Source: Octopus vulgaris
Lineage: Eukaryota
Assembly: GCA_951406725.2 (NCBI GenBank)
Contig: OX597814.1
Span: forward strand, 106,826,001-106,890,000
Length of the DNA stretch: 64,000 nucleotides
Direction: 5' to 3'
In this document: in pieces, positions 26,006 to 40,634 of the stretch
Position numbering within the stretch: the stretch's first letter is position 1
Layout of the letters: each line of letters opens with the position of its first letter
Program-made: the position numbers and the translations under genes
Notes under the pieces: model-generated
What the model was told of the DNA's origin: nothing
Seen by the model: only the letters and a program-made list of their open reading frames with translations
Databases searched by the model: none

Positions 26006-26228
26006 TTGTGTGTGTGTGTGTATGTATGTAACTATGTATGTAACACATATATATATACACACACATATGCATGCATACATATGTGTTTCTGCGCATGTAT
26101 GTGTATTTTATGTATTTATATATATATATATACTTATATATATATGCGTATGTATGCACGTATTGTAAAATAAGAAATTCCATTTGTGTATCTTGAGGTA
26201 GGTTCTCACATTTCGGCCTTCTCCAAAG

Positions 26229-26279
<51 letters not shown>

Positions 26280-26305
26280 AGCACCTCTCTTTCCCCTCAA
26301 ACCTC

Positions 26306-26354
<49 letters not shown>

Positions 26355-26961
26355 TTATCTCTCTCTCTCTCGCTCTCTCTCTTTCTTTCTCTCAGCTCCG
26401 TTCGTTCTTCCTCCTATAACATTACACTTCTTTTACTCTTTTAATTGATTCCTTTCTCCCTACCCTCTCCCATCTCCCCTCTAACTTTCATTAGTTTTTT
26501 TTCTCTTTATATCATTTATAATTTCTTTATCTTTCTCTCTCTCTCTTTCTCTCTTTCTCTCTCTCTCTCCCTCTCTCTCCCTTTTATCTCACTCATTCTC
26601 TCTAATTATCTGCATTAGGACCCTCTTCCATACTCCCTACCAACATGGTCCCTTGACGATGTTTCAATCCCAACGGCTTCCGTTGCGGAAATTATTCTTT
26701 TAATTTTCCTTAAGGACTCGGTGAATGCCTGCATTTGGTGACGTCATCCTTTTATCAGCCATATTTCATCTTAGAAATCAACAACAATATCAAACGTTTT
26801 TCCTTGATTTCACGCACACACGCACACACACATACATACGCATGCTTCACACACACACACACATACAACCACATATATGAATATACATACGTATTTATGT
26901 ATGTATGCGTATGTAGTGTACGCAATTGCACACAGGCATACACACCCATAGAGAAACACAA

Positions 26962-27010
<49 letters not shown>

Positions 27011-27449
27011 TATGTGTGTGTGTGTGTGTGCGTATGTGTGTGCATATATGCATAATGTATTTGCACATGCATACCCATACATATAATTACACACACTTCA
27101 CATAAATAGATACCGGCACACGTTTTCAGGATCATAACTACACACACACATACATATGCTCACTCATTACACACACATGTATAAATATTCAAGCATAAAC
27201 ATAGAAGCGGATACATATGCACACACAACACACATCAACACACAAAGAGATATCTACTCGTATTACACAGTAACACAAACCCGCGGATAAACTTACATGC
27301 AGAAATATTCTCAAACACACTCAACACAAATACATACTCACACACACACACACACACACATAACACATACACACACACACACTTAATCACACTTATTAAC
27401 ATATGTATAGATATGCCTGCAGTTATATATAACATTCATTCTATACCCC

Positions 27450-27556
<107 letters not shown>

Positions 27557-27899
27557 TGCATAAGTGGTTGCGCGGTAAGCAGCTTGCTTACCAACCACAT
27601 GGTTCCAGGTTCAGTCCCACTGCATGGCACATTGGGCAAGTATCGTTTACGTCCCCGTAACTTAGCGGTTTGGCAAAAGAGACTGATAGGCTTACAGAAG
27701 AATAAGTGATCCAGCATAGCCGCAGTCAGATGACTGAAACAGATAGAGAAGGAGAGAGATTCACAAGAGCGATACCAGAATACACACAGCGGTTGAAGGA
27801 CGCAGTTTCGGCACCCTTTTGCAATAATCACCAAAGCTTCGTAAAATATCCTTTTCTACTTAGGGCACAAAGCCCGAATTTTTTTTTCGGGGGGGGGGG

Positions 27900-28470
27900 G
27901 GCAGTCGATTATATCGACCCCAGTACGCAAATGGTACTTAATGTATCAACCCCGAAAGAATGAAAGGCAAAGTCGACCTCGGCGGAATTTGAACTTAGAG
28001 CGTAGAGACAGACGAAATACTGCTAGACATTTCACCCGGTGTGCTAATGTTTCTATTTCTTTACTACCCACAAGGGGCTAAACACAGAGAGGACAAACAA
28101 GGACAGACAAACGGATTAAGTCGATTATATCGACCCCAGTGCGTAACTGGTACTTATTTAATCGACCTCGAAAGGACTAAAGACAAAGTTGACCTCGGCG
28201 GAATTTGAACTCAGAACGTAGCGGCAGACGAAATACCTATTTCTTTAATACCCACAAGGGGCTAAACATAGAGGGGACAAACAAGGACAGACAAACGGAT
28301 TAAGTCGAGTTCATCGACCCTAGTGCGTAACTGGTACTTAATTTATCGACCCCGAAAGGATGAAAGGCAAAGTCGACCTCGGCAGAATTTGAACTCAGAA
28401 TGTGGCGGCAGACGAAATACCGCTAAGCATTTCACCCGGCGTGCTAACGTTTCTGCCAGCTCACCGCCTT
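27900..28470 (-). mobile_element. Tandem array of SINE family B (three core units)
   Basis: Roughly 180-200 bp unit repeated; full head at about 28400-28470. Confidence 0.9.
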
Positions 28471-28933
28471 AGCTTCGTAAAATATCACAAAATGATGGTG
28501 CCACATCATTTTGTGCCATGAAAATGATGGTATTCATAGAGACCTTCACGATGTGTGACGGTGTCGGTGTCGATTAAACTAAATATACTAAATGTGTTAG
28601 ATATTATTATATAGTTCCTCTATTATTCATAATGCTTTTCAGTAGGAGCTGACAAGACTTTCGGACCACCCTATGGAATACCATTTTATGAAGCAAATAA
28701 ATATTGGGAAAAGAAAAAAGAAAGGGAGGCGAAATTCAGAATCGTTCCACTGAGTTTTGTCATCCAAAATCTCCAAAGACCATCTATTTTTTCAGGCATT
28801 AGATTACAGCCATGTTGAGGCACCGCCTTGAACAATTTTTAGTCGAATGAACACACCAACAGTTTATCAGGGGTGTTGGGGGTCACCCACACAGACACAG
28901 ACACACACACATATATGTAGGTATATATGTAAG

Positions 28934-28972
<39 letters not shown>

Positions 28973-28986
28973 AGTGTATGTATATG

Positions 28987-29029
<43 letters not shown>

Positions 29030-29089
29030 AGTGTATGTATATGTATATACATATATATATATACACATATATATTATATATATATATAC

Positions 29090-29667
29090 AGGCATTATGA
29101 CCCGTCGTTGCCGGATCATAGTGCTAGTGCATGTATATATGTGTATATATATGTGTACATCTTATATATATATACATCTACACATAAAATACAAAATACA
29201 AAGTTATATCTTGATATCGCTAATTTTATTTTTAATTTATTCCCATTCATGTGAAACCACTTATTCAAGTTCAAGTTAGTGATGCAATTTTATACCAATT
29301 GCTATTTTTACTTTTGTTATGTTACGATTATATTATACTTTAGTTTGATTTTAATTATTACTTACTACATATAATTCAATTGTTATTATTATCTCTAATT
29401 TTTATTATTAAAGTGAAAGTATCTGACATAAAATAGAGAAATGTTTTTGTTTCACTTTTAACACGTAATACTGAATTAGTGGAGATATGATATTGCTATG
29501 GACTCGCCCTAGACAAGAAGTTGAACTTTTTTTGCCCATGAAACTACATGGACCCTAAGTAAGGCATGTGTAAAATTTGAATGAAATTGGTTGTGTAGTT
29601 CTCAAGTTTTAGGGAAACACACACACAGACAGACAGACACGCATTCTCAGTTTTATATAGAGAGAGA
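29090..29667. mobile_element. Non-autonomous Helitron fragments
   Basis: Hairpin plus CTAGT at about 29098-29128; segments shared with 15730-15970 and 16355-16460; minus-strand 5' end TCTCTCTATATAAAA near 29667. Confidence 0.5.
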
Positions 29668-29710
29668 TTAATATGCATATATATACATATATATATATAT
29701 GTGTATATGT

Positions 29711-29761
<51 letters not shown>

Positions 29762-29772
<11 letters not shown>

Positions 29773-30119
29773 GAATGTTTGAAAATGCAATTTTAAAAGG
29801 TGTTTATTCACCTGACCGGTTTCACTTTTTTAGAAAAAGATTGTCAAAAGTAAAATGTAAAAGAATGTATATATTTTCAATGAACTTTTTAATATCTTCT
29901 CAAGATTTTTCCTTTTAAACTGATTTAACAATTTTCTTATTATTATCAAAGAATGTATATATGTACTGTAATATTTTGTGACAACCAGTACTTAATACAA
30001 CGAAGTTTTTACAAAGCTTTTACATTTTACTTTTGACAATCTTTTTCTAAAAATGTGAAACCGGTCAAGTGAATAAACACCTTTTAAAATTGCATTTTCA
30101 AACCTTCTTTCATATATAT
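29762..30119. mobile_element. Fold-back element with ~100-bp arms, each holding a U3-A8 variant HHR-like motif
   Basis: Arms 29762-29863 and 30017-30119; motif TTACTT-TTGACAA-..-GAAACCGGTC-A(A/G)GTGA at 29808-29853 (minus) and 30027-30072 (plus). Confidence 0.65.
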
Positions 30120-30153
30120 TTCCACTCGTGCGGTATCTTACAACTTCACTTTG

Positions 30154-30231
<78 letters not shown>

Positions 30232-31043
30232 ATTTCGGGAAGGTCATTTTTTTTGCCAAATAAACACACGCACTATATATTCGTTCTTCACTCACCCAAG
30301 GTGTCTCGCGCAGTAGGAGTGAACCTGAAACCATGTGGTTGAGAAGCAACACATCCACGCATGCGCCTATATGCGTATGAAGTCATGGCTTATTATCAAT
30401 ACAACCACAAGACAAAGATTAATGATTATCCTCGTCTCTTACTTTCGTTCTATCAAGATTTAACCTGTTTCTTCATTTTATTCTAAGTATATTTAATTCC
30501 AAAAGTAAATCATGAGTAACCTCCCTTGATCCTATACATTTTATCCATCCATGACAGACCACTCTAACACTATTCCATACGTAACACCAGTCACTTAAGC
30601 ATGGACTACAGCTGGCCAAGTCATTGCGATCTCTCCGTGGACAGTGAAAGTGTGACCAGTGTAGTTAACACTTTTCTCTCCAGCCAACTTGACCTGATAA
30701 ATAAAGACTGAGTCCGAGTAATTATTGCCACTTCCGAACCTAAATTGCTTGACTAAATCATTTTCCCATCTTCATGGAGACTATCAAAGTGTCCTTTTCC
30801 GATTTCGCCAACTAAACGGGTGGTCCACCTATTGTCTGCAAGCCTTGCAACATGTCCAGCCCACCAGAAGTTATGCTTTCGCTACACTGCGATCACATCG
30901 TTCACATCGAATACATCGAACACTCCGCTCCGTTCTCGAAGTGTCTCATTTCGAATGAGCTCTCTTAATAATTACGTATTTCTTCCTCAAGGTCCAATAA
31001 GGTCACATGCACCTTCAGCTATCTAATTCCGACGAGTCGCTTA

Positions 31044-31081
<38 letters not shown>

Positions 31082-31086
<5 letters not shown>

Positions 31087-31281
31087 ATCCAAACAAGAAA
31101 ACACAGAAAAAACACTACAACGCGAGGACGTGGAATAAATATAGTATTATTGGACGCTCAGGAAAGAAGGAGGGTTTAACGTTTCGAGCGGAGCTCTTCG
31201 TCGGAAACATAGGAGAAGGAAAGATTCAGAGAAGGGAAGACAGAAGACAAAAATTGCCAACTGTACACATGAGGTCACATT
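31082..31281 (-). mobile_element. Second copy of repeat 565-770 with a minimal HHR-like motif at 31174-31208
   Basis: GTTT-CCGACGA-A-GAGC-tcc-GCTC-GAAACGTT-AAAC. Confidence 0.7.
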
Positions 31282-31327
31282 ATATATATAAAGGAATAAT
31301 TACTATGAACCATTGTGTAGAATATAA

Positions 31328-31516
31328 TGTATAAAGGATCGTGAGTAAGTGAATTAATATAGACTTACCTTGTATTCAATATTTCGGGATTATGACCCAA
31401 TTTTCAAGAAATATTGAATACAAGGTAAGTCTATATTAATTCACATATTTGTTTTCTTGTGATTTACCTTGCATTTACTTGGCATTGTTTTAGCCTTACC
31501 CACGATCCTTTATACA
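31328..31516. repeat. Fold-back with perfect 37-bp inner arms centred on an HHR-like motif
   Basis: 31349-31385 is the reverse complement of 31408-31444; outer arms 31328-31349 and about 31495-31516. Confidence 0.8.
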
Positions 31517-32640
31517 ATATATATATACGCGTTCATGGATATACAGAGATATGCATACAGTAGCTGTGTTGTTTATTCAATGATTTTATAATAATCCACA
31601 GTTAAGTTCGTACTTTGTTATTTCATTACTTGAATTTAGCGTCATTGAATGTTCATAATTGACTGCGTCGATCGTATTCCAAGCTAATGTTTAAACGTGT
31701 ATCATTCTAAATATCACTGACGTTGTGTTAATAAGACAACTTTAGAAATCTTTCGGTCTATTATTGCCTCATCAGTAAGGCACAGACTTCACTGTACTTA
31801 CTGAAGCTGTAATGATAGAATCACAGAGTAAAATGCTCAATAAAGTACATCGCTTGTTGTAGAAGACTAGGATTGTTTCGGGAATAAATTACTCAGAGTT
31901 CGGTGCCAATCGTAACGTTTAAGTCTCCAATCAAGATTTGAAATCGACCTTCACAAATTCGAAACGTCTATAATTGGTGAAATCATATCAGAAATTTCGA
32001 GAAGTCATAGTAGTTTCGCTGCATTCTTCCACTTACCAAAAGCCTCTTCTGGTTTGAGAAGTTTGATTAGAGGAAACAACAGCTAAGGTCAGAGAAAAGG
32101 GCAACGAGGCTACGTGGTTTTCGTTAAAAGCGAGGAACTTTTCCTTTCGCTTTTGTAATTAAAGAATATCAATGGCTAAACTTACACAACGATACTTCAA
32201 CTTATTCCTTATCTTTATTTGGCCCTCAGCGGCAAAATTTCTTGCCTGTGTTAATAATTAGCTGACAAGTCAAGTCATAGAGAGCAGCACCTGCCCAACA
32301 GCTTGGCAGCAATAGCGTGGTAAATATATTCAGATATTGCAGCGAATTGTTTGTGAATTCTTTGTGTTTGTCTTTTATATGAAGACAGAAGCTTAATCTG
32401 TTCGAGTGTAAACTTCACCAACGTCGATGTTAATGAGACAAAGCACGGCTCCGTGCGAAAGATTTAATATCGAGGGAAACTTGTTAGATTACTTGATGTT
32501 AGCTTCTCCTCGTTTCACAATCAGTGTTCTTTATCAAACATCTCCTGTTCTTAGATATATACATACACACAAACACGCACGCGCATATATGTGTGTATGT
32601 GTGTGTGTATGCATGTTGTGTATATGTGTGTGTATGTGTG

Positions 32641-32684
<44 letters not shown>

Positions 32685-32913
32685 CATATAAATATTTGTT
32701 TATTTTCGTATATATAAATATACATATATACATTCACACATATTTGTGTGTGTGTGTTTGTGTGTGTCTGCATGTGTGTCAGGTAAAGAAAATGCTTTAG
32801 GGTGAGATTGACATACGTAAAGCATTATCATAAATCAAGATTATTCTAAACGAACCACCTTTGTTTAACGTAAGATGTATGGAGAACGTGTGTGTGAATG
32901 TGTGTCTTGTGAC

Positions 32914-32944
<31 letters not shown>

Positions 32945-33760
32945 ATTTGTAGATGTGTGTGAATTTGTAGGTGTGTGTGTGTTTACAGGAAGAAAAGAGA
33001 GCTAGGGAGTTAGATACACATATATGAGTATAATATAGATACCTATCAAAGTTCTTTCTTGTTCTTGGTGTAGCTGAAGTCGTAATTACGTCTCTTGACG
33101 TTGTTGGATCAAACCCAGCTGAGATCAACTTTGCCTGTCGTCCTTTCGGAGTAAATCAAACAAAAACCCTGGAATATATAAGTACCAGTCACATGTTGAG
33201 GTCTCTCAACTCTTCTTTCCATCAAATTTGTGTCCGGCTGTCAAAGCTAAAAGTTATCATTTTTGTGATGATAAAATTAATTTCAATGTTACTAATTCTT
33301 GGAGCGTTGTTTCGTGTGAATGGGAAGGTGGGGGGGGGGGGTCGATCAATGTTTGCCGTGGTTTGTTGTAAAGAAATTTCTGGTTAGACGAGATTGGCAT
33401 CAAACAGGACTGATCTGCTGTTACGTACTTTGTACACCATTTTTGTTGTCATTCCGGATGTGTTGTCCTCGAATTTTTTAATATCTTGTTTTATTGTATG
33501 TTTGTGGCAAAGCTATTGCAATTACTCCGTGATATAAGAGCGAAGGATGTACTTGTATAACCAGTTTAACAGTTGGAGTCGTGAAGGTAACAACTTTTTA
33601 CAATGGAAATTTATAAAGGACATAGGACATTTATAGCTTGTTTGCAGGTGTGTAGAATTGTGGTTTATTGTTGATCTGGGGGGTTTTATTTCTATTTTAG
33701 AGTTTTAAAGGGTATTACTTGATGTACTTTTTAATTTGTATGCGTGCCTTTAATTCCTGT

Positions 33761-33859
<99 letters not shown>

Positions 33860-34006
33860 TGATTGATTGATTGATTAATTGATTGATAGAGAGACAGACA
33901 GACACAGAGACAGACAGACACAGAGACAGACAGGCACAGAGACAGACAGACATACAGAAATACAGACAGACATACAGACAGATAGACAGATAGATTGATA
34001 GATAGT

Positions 34007-34101
<95 letters not shown>

Positions 34102-34767
34102 ATAGATTTCGGCTGAGAAGCTGCATGCACCCCATCAGTCCACTAGACTGCCACTACCATATTTCTAACAGAAAGACAGACACACACACACAAACAGACA
34201 GACAGACAGACAGATACATACATACATACATACATACATACATACATGCAAGCATGCATGCATGCATACATACATACATACATACATACATACATACATA
34301 CATACATGCATACATGGATAGATAGACAGACAGACAGACAGACAGGTACGCACATACACACACACACACATACACATTTACATCTACATGTGTCTATATA
34401 CATATACTAACATACATACATATATACATACATGCATACGTTCATACATACATGCGTACACATACATTCATACGTATATATACATGCATACGTACATATG
34501 CACATACATACATACGCATGTATAAATACACATATATACATACAGACGTACATATATAAATACTCACATACATGTAAACATATACAAATAAAAATCAGAT
34601 GAAATGGAATTTATTTTGGCTCAAATAATTATATACATGCGTTCGACAATCCATGCATCCTTGCATGTATACACGCATCTATAAATCCATGAACGTATGC
34701 AATCTTACATGCATGGATTATATACATGTTTTCCTGTATATAAATATAGATTAATGTATATATACAT

Positions 34768-34830
<63 letters not shown>

Positions 34831-35643
34831 TGTATGTATGTATGTATGTATGCACACACATATAAGATCTTAAAATACTTTGCTATTTTGAATGCGTATG
34901 TATGTACGTATGACTATAATGGATTATAAGCACGTGCATGTGCTTGTATGTACATGCATGTGTGTGTATACGCCGGCAGCCATTTTGTGTGTTGCACCAA
35001 AGATTAACCACTGCATTTATGCCAAGATGTGTGCAACAACATGTTACACTTTAAACATGCATAATTCTCCTGGCAAAAACTATTGCAAATTCAATGCAAT
35101 AAACCGTTCCTACATGAAACTCCCATCAAGAGATTATTCTTTGAAATAATCTGTTAGAAGTGTGTGAGAGAGAAAGAGAGAGAAAGAGGGACAGGGACAG
35201 ACAGAGATTGTGTGTGTGTTTGTGGTTGTGTGTGTGTGTGTGTGTTTTCCTTGTTTATTTGCATCTCTTAAAGAAAAGACCTTAAAAAATCCCTTCAACC
35301 TCAATGTTCGTTGGTATGGAGGGGCTTTATAACCTTTTTTTACAAATGAATGCAAATGAGAGGGTTTTATTTAAGGGGAAAAAATAGCTACAACATGAAG
35401 GAAATTTAAAATACACACACACACGCTCACACACGCACGCGCGCGGTGCACATACTCGCATAACAATACACAGATACATCGATAAACCTTTCCACCGTTG
35501 CGACGACGCCGTACAAGAAGAGGGAGAAGAAGAAGAAGAAGAAGAAGAAGAAGAAGAAGAAGAAGAATTAAAGAAGAAGAATTAAAGAAGAAGAATTGAA
35601 GAAGAAGAATTGAAGAAGAATTGAAGAAGAAGAATTGAAGAAG

Positions 35644-35675
<32 letters not shown>

Positions 35676-35780
35676 GAAGAAGAAGAAGAAGAATTGAAGA
35701 AGAAGAAGAAGAAGAAGAAGAAGAAGAAGAAGAAGAGAAAGAAGAAGAAGAATTGAAGAAGAAGAAGAAAAGAAGAAAAA

Positions 35781-35811
<31 letters not shown>

Positions 35812-37361
35812 AAAAAGAAGAAGAAAAAGAAGAAGAAGAAGAAAAAGAAGAAGAATTGAAGAAGAATTGAAGAAGGAGAAGAAGAAGAATTGAAGAAGAA
35901 GAAGAAGAAGAAGAAGAAGAAGAAGAAGAAGAAGAAGAAGAAGAAGAAGAAGAAGAAGAAGAAGAAAAACAACAACAACAACAACAGCGACAGCGACAAC
36001 AACGGCTGGAACAGCATCAACAACAAGAGAAGCAAGTTAGAAGGAAGGAAAAAAGAAACGTGAGAGAGATTTATCATTACTTATTCAACAAACATCACTA
36101 AAAACAACCATTTCTTTCATTTCGTCATCAATTTTCTTCTTTTTTCATCGTTTTTATTAGTTTTTTTTTTCTTTTTATTGCTTGTTTTTTGTTTTATTTT
36201 CTTTGTTTCATTTCACTTCATTTCACTCCATTTCACTTTTATATCGCTTTATTTCGCTTAAATTCTAATGAATGGCTTTCTGCGTCGTCGCTGCTGCTGC
36301 TGCTGTTGTTGTTGTTGTGTTTGTGTTGTGTTTGTGTATATGTATATGTATGTGTATACATGTATGTGTATGAGTGTCTACACGTGTGCATATGCGTGTA
36401 TGAGTGTGAGCATAGATGTGTGTGTGTGTGTGTGTGTATATGTGTATATATGCGCGGGTATGAATGTGTGTATATGCGTGTGCATAAATGTGTGTATATA
36501 TGTGTATACTTGTGTCTATATATGTGTGTATGTGTGTGTATCTGTATGTATATCTGTGTGCATATATGTATATAAATATGAGTATAAATATATGTGTATA
36601 AATATATGTGTGTATATGCGTATATCTGTATGTATATCTGTGTATAAATATGTGTGTATAAATATGTGTGTATATGTGTGTATATATCTGTATGTATACA
36701 CCTGTGTATGAGTTTATGATTAACTGTGCGTGCATTAATGTGTGTGCGTGTGTGTCTATATATGTGTATATCTGTGTATGGGAGTCTGTGTGTATACATT
36801 ATGTATATGTGTGTGTGTATGTTTTATTTCCATCTTAATATTCTACGTTCGCCACATTTTAGCAGAAGTTGCAGTTGATGACATTTTATTCCATTTTATG
36901 AGAATTTCGGTAAATTTTGTTGTTTTTTTAATTTGTTTTGTGATGTTATTTTTTGTGTGATAGAATCGTTAAGGGATTTTTTATGGGTAAAGCGGTATCA
37001 TGTTGTTTTTCTTAGGGACCAAAATCCCTGTTAGCCTTAATACATGGAGATTATGTTAAAATAATCTATGGGGGTTAGTGATAGGGGGTATCATCACACA
37101 GGGATGAGGAGACAGCAGAGAGACGGACACACGGACACACAGGCACACAGGCAGGCAGAGCGCGCACGATTAAGAGACGACAGTGATGAAAGGGGGAAAG
37201 TGTGAGAGTATTATGAAGAAAAAGAGATTAATGATACAGAAGCGGTGAGTTTTTTGATATTTAAGACACTATGTATACAGGGTATCGCCAAAATCCACCC
37301 GCATTTCAAAGGTTGACAAAAGTTCCAAGAACTAACGCTCGACGCTCCGAGCCAAACTATA

Positions 37362-37754
37362 ATCTCTATATATATAAAGCTGAAGTTGTCTGTGTATGGC
37401 AGGTTTGGTAGCCTTCAACTAATACTATCTCCTCCGAGACCCTGCGGCGCAAGTTGACCAAAATTGACAGTATGATAGAAGAAGGTTAGCTCTCCCTTCC
37501 ATAGAAGAAAAAATTCAAATCGGACCATGTTAACACCAAAAATTATTTACATCAAAAAGGTGCTATTTTTCTATGAAAATCCCTATTTTTTACGGTTTTT
37601 TGACTGCTGTGTCGCCATTTTTTGGTGTATTTCAACCAGAAAAATGTTCACTTAAAGAGAATAACAAACTACATAATGCAGAATTTTTACTTTTCAAAAA
37701 TTCTAATTCTAAAGGGTCGAAACAAGCCTGAGCAACGCCGGGCGATACTACTAG
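37362..37754 (+). mobile_element. Non-autonomous Helitron (~390 bp)
   Basis: 5' TCTCTATATATATAAAGC; 3' hairpin CCTGAGCAACGCCGGG then CTAG|T; closely matches 41447-41849. Confidence 0.8.
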
Positions 37755-38419
37755 TAGTAAATAAATATAAAACGCTAAGACATATTAGCCACATAGAGAT
37801 ACCATTGCTGTCTACCTAGGATCAAAGGAGGAAGGGATCAAAGGTCCTTCCTTCCGAAAAATTGGCCTTGTTAGCTGGTCTTCCGGATTCTGTTGCGTAT
37901 ATATTCCACCCACCCACTTCCTGGGCGGGACGCTGGGCCGTCACAGGGTAACTCATTTTTTCTTTTTTTTTTTACTAGCTGAGTGGACTGAAGCAACATG
38001 GAATGAAGTGTTTTGTTATAGAACACAACGCATTGTCCGGCCCAGGAATCGAAACAGCAATATCATGATCATGAAAGCAACACCCTCTCAACACCCAGAA
38101 TGAATAAAGGCCTCCACTCCGCCTCCCTTTTTCGCTATCCACCTAACTTTACTAGTAAATATACATCAAGACAAAGAATGAAGCATTTTTCTGTTGCACC
38201 TTGTATAAAAGGGTAGGGAGATGATCACAAGAAGAAGGGAATTCTGAAAACAAGAGGAAGGTTGTCTTTCTTTGTATCATTCGACGTTAATTCTACAAGA
38301 ATCGGTAGAAAAGAAGAAATAAGACAAGTCAAGTTCTCAGTAAATTCTTGCAGATCAAAACAAACGAAGAATTAATTGCTAAACACTTGTTTTCAGTGAA
38401 CCGTCTTTAGATTTCGGAT

Positions 38420-38493
<74 letters not shown>

Positions 38494-38730
38494 GGTGGTG
38501 GTGGTGGTGGTGGTGGTGGTGGTAGTAGTAGTAGTAGTAACAATTGGGTCCTTTTAAAACCAACAAAATACAATTCACTAAAATATACTGTAGCGTGGCT
38601 GTGTGGTGAAAAGTTTGCTTTCTACCCAGATTGTTCTGGGTTCAGTCCCATTTTCTGGCACATTCGGCAAGTGTCTTCTACTAGAGTCCCAGACTGACCA
38701 ATATATACATATAAATATATATTGGTCAGC

Positions 38731-38800
<70 letters not shown>

Positions 38801-39220
38801 TTATTTATAAATATAATTAAGGAGAAAAGAAAACAAATTCAAAGGTCGATGCATATATTCATTCAATCCATATTAACGAAATTCTTCATGGTATACAATA
38901 TACATACTTATACACAAAAATTTATAAATATATAAAAATTCATAGACATATTAAAATTTATAAACACGTCAAAATTCATAAAATATAAATACATAAAAAT
39001 ATAAGTCCATAAATGTACTTGCAAAGTCTGAATGAAGAGGATGATAAAGCGGATGTAAAATGATTCATAAAGAGTTTGGGACATGAATAAAATCTATGTA
39101 TAAAATCTTACGGCCGTTTCGAAATATATATTTACTGTTTTACTCTTTATTCTTCTCTCTACTATTTAATTCCTTTATAAACTGTGATTCCCTGTCTAAA
39201 ACTTTCATACTTACTCACGT

Positions 39221-39298
39221 TGTCTCTGACGATGGAATACCCAGTGTATGGAGATGCTAACCTATCACTTGGGATATCCCAGAAATGGCTGCAAGGCA
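39221..39298 (+). ncRNA. Decayed type I HHR-like motif with a long stem II
   Basis: TGTCT-CTGACGA-[~50 nt hairpin]-GAAA-TGGCTG-CA-AGGCA; an inverted half-copy GAAACGGCCGTA-AGA lies at 39106-39120. Confidence 0.5.
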
Positions 39299-40509
39299 TC
39301 CAATAATTAATTAATTAACTAATTAATCAATTGGTTAATTCAAATTGATTCTAATTAAATATTCTAAATGGCTTCAGATACTCGTCCTGCCTTGGCTTTC
39401 CTTTTCCTTTTCCTTCTAATATATACCCGCTAACTCAGAAGCCTACTACAGATCCCTAGCTGCAGCCTCATGTGAACTTGGAACCTAACGGACGACCATA
39501 GCATGAGTGAGGGTGAATGCCGCCGCAAGTACAATTACAAGCAAGGACAGAAAAGTTCAGCAGAGGAGAATTAAACCCACCGGAAGGTGGCTGAATTGTT
39601 ACATGAATTAAATGTGAGTATACACCGCTGTATATGGTTTCTGTGTGATGAAGTGGATATTGTAAACAGTCTTTAAAGTTTCATATTTTTTTAAGTCGCC
39701 GTGGAAAATATAAGCAAAATATTCGGAAGAAGAACGGTAGACTGTACGGAAAGTTCTAGAACTAGTATCTGAAACGTCTTTCAATTAGCTTAAATCATTA
39801 AAAAGCAAGAAGCTAAAAAGAAAACATTTCAAACTTAAACTTGGAGTCATCTGTTTTTATTTATCCTGGATTATTTTGTTTGCAAATAATTATTTCTTTA
39901 ATAAATTCTCACAGGCACGTAGAGTTAAGCTCTTTGGCCAGAGATGGAAAGCAAAGCAGGAAAGTTGAAAATTTGTTTCACAGATTAGATTTCATCGATA
40001 ATTAGCTTTGATAATAATTAGCGTCGAATGAAGGCAGTTTTATCGTGACGTTTATACAAACTGTGATGCTGTCGAGGATATTATATAGTCATATTTTCAA
40101 AAGGGATTTACATTTAAGCCACTGAAGAACAGAGGTTCTATTATGACAGGACAAAAAAATTGGTAAAATAACAAACGAAGAAATATGGAAAGGAAATACT
40201 CTAAGAATGAATATTTACAGATCTCGGTTCTATATCGCGTATGTGTTAATATATGTAGCAGCATGACTTTATTTCTGAAAGTTGCATCCATGTTACGTCG
40301 CTCTTTAATTCAAGGACGGAATGGTAGGAGTGGGACAAAATCAGGAGAGAAAAATTAAAGACGAAAATCTATTGAACAAATGATTTATATTGTTTTATTA
40401 CATTGAAATTATCGACGTCGACGCCAAGATTATAAATGTACTAAAGTTAATACAAAAGCAATAATGACTATTATGATGATGATGACGAGAACGGCAACGA
40501 TAATTAATG

Positions 40510-40540
<31 letters not shown>

Positions 40541-40569
40541 CGATGATGATGATGATGATGATGATGATG

Positions 40570-40634
<65 letters not shown>

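Noticed and set aside
26195-26232. Minus-strand TTCT-TTGGAGA-AGGCC-GAAATGTG-AGAA
   Set aside because: Several core mismatches and a G at the cleavage position.
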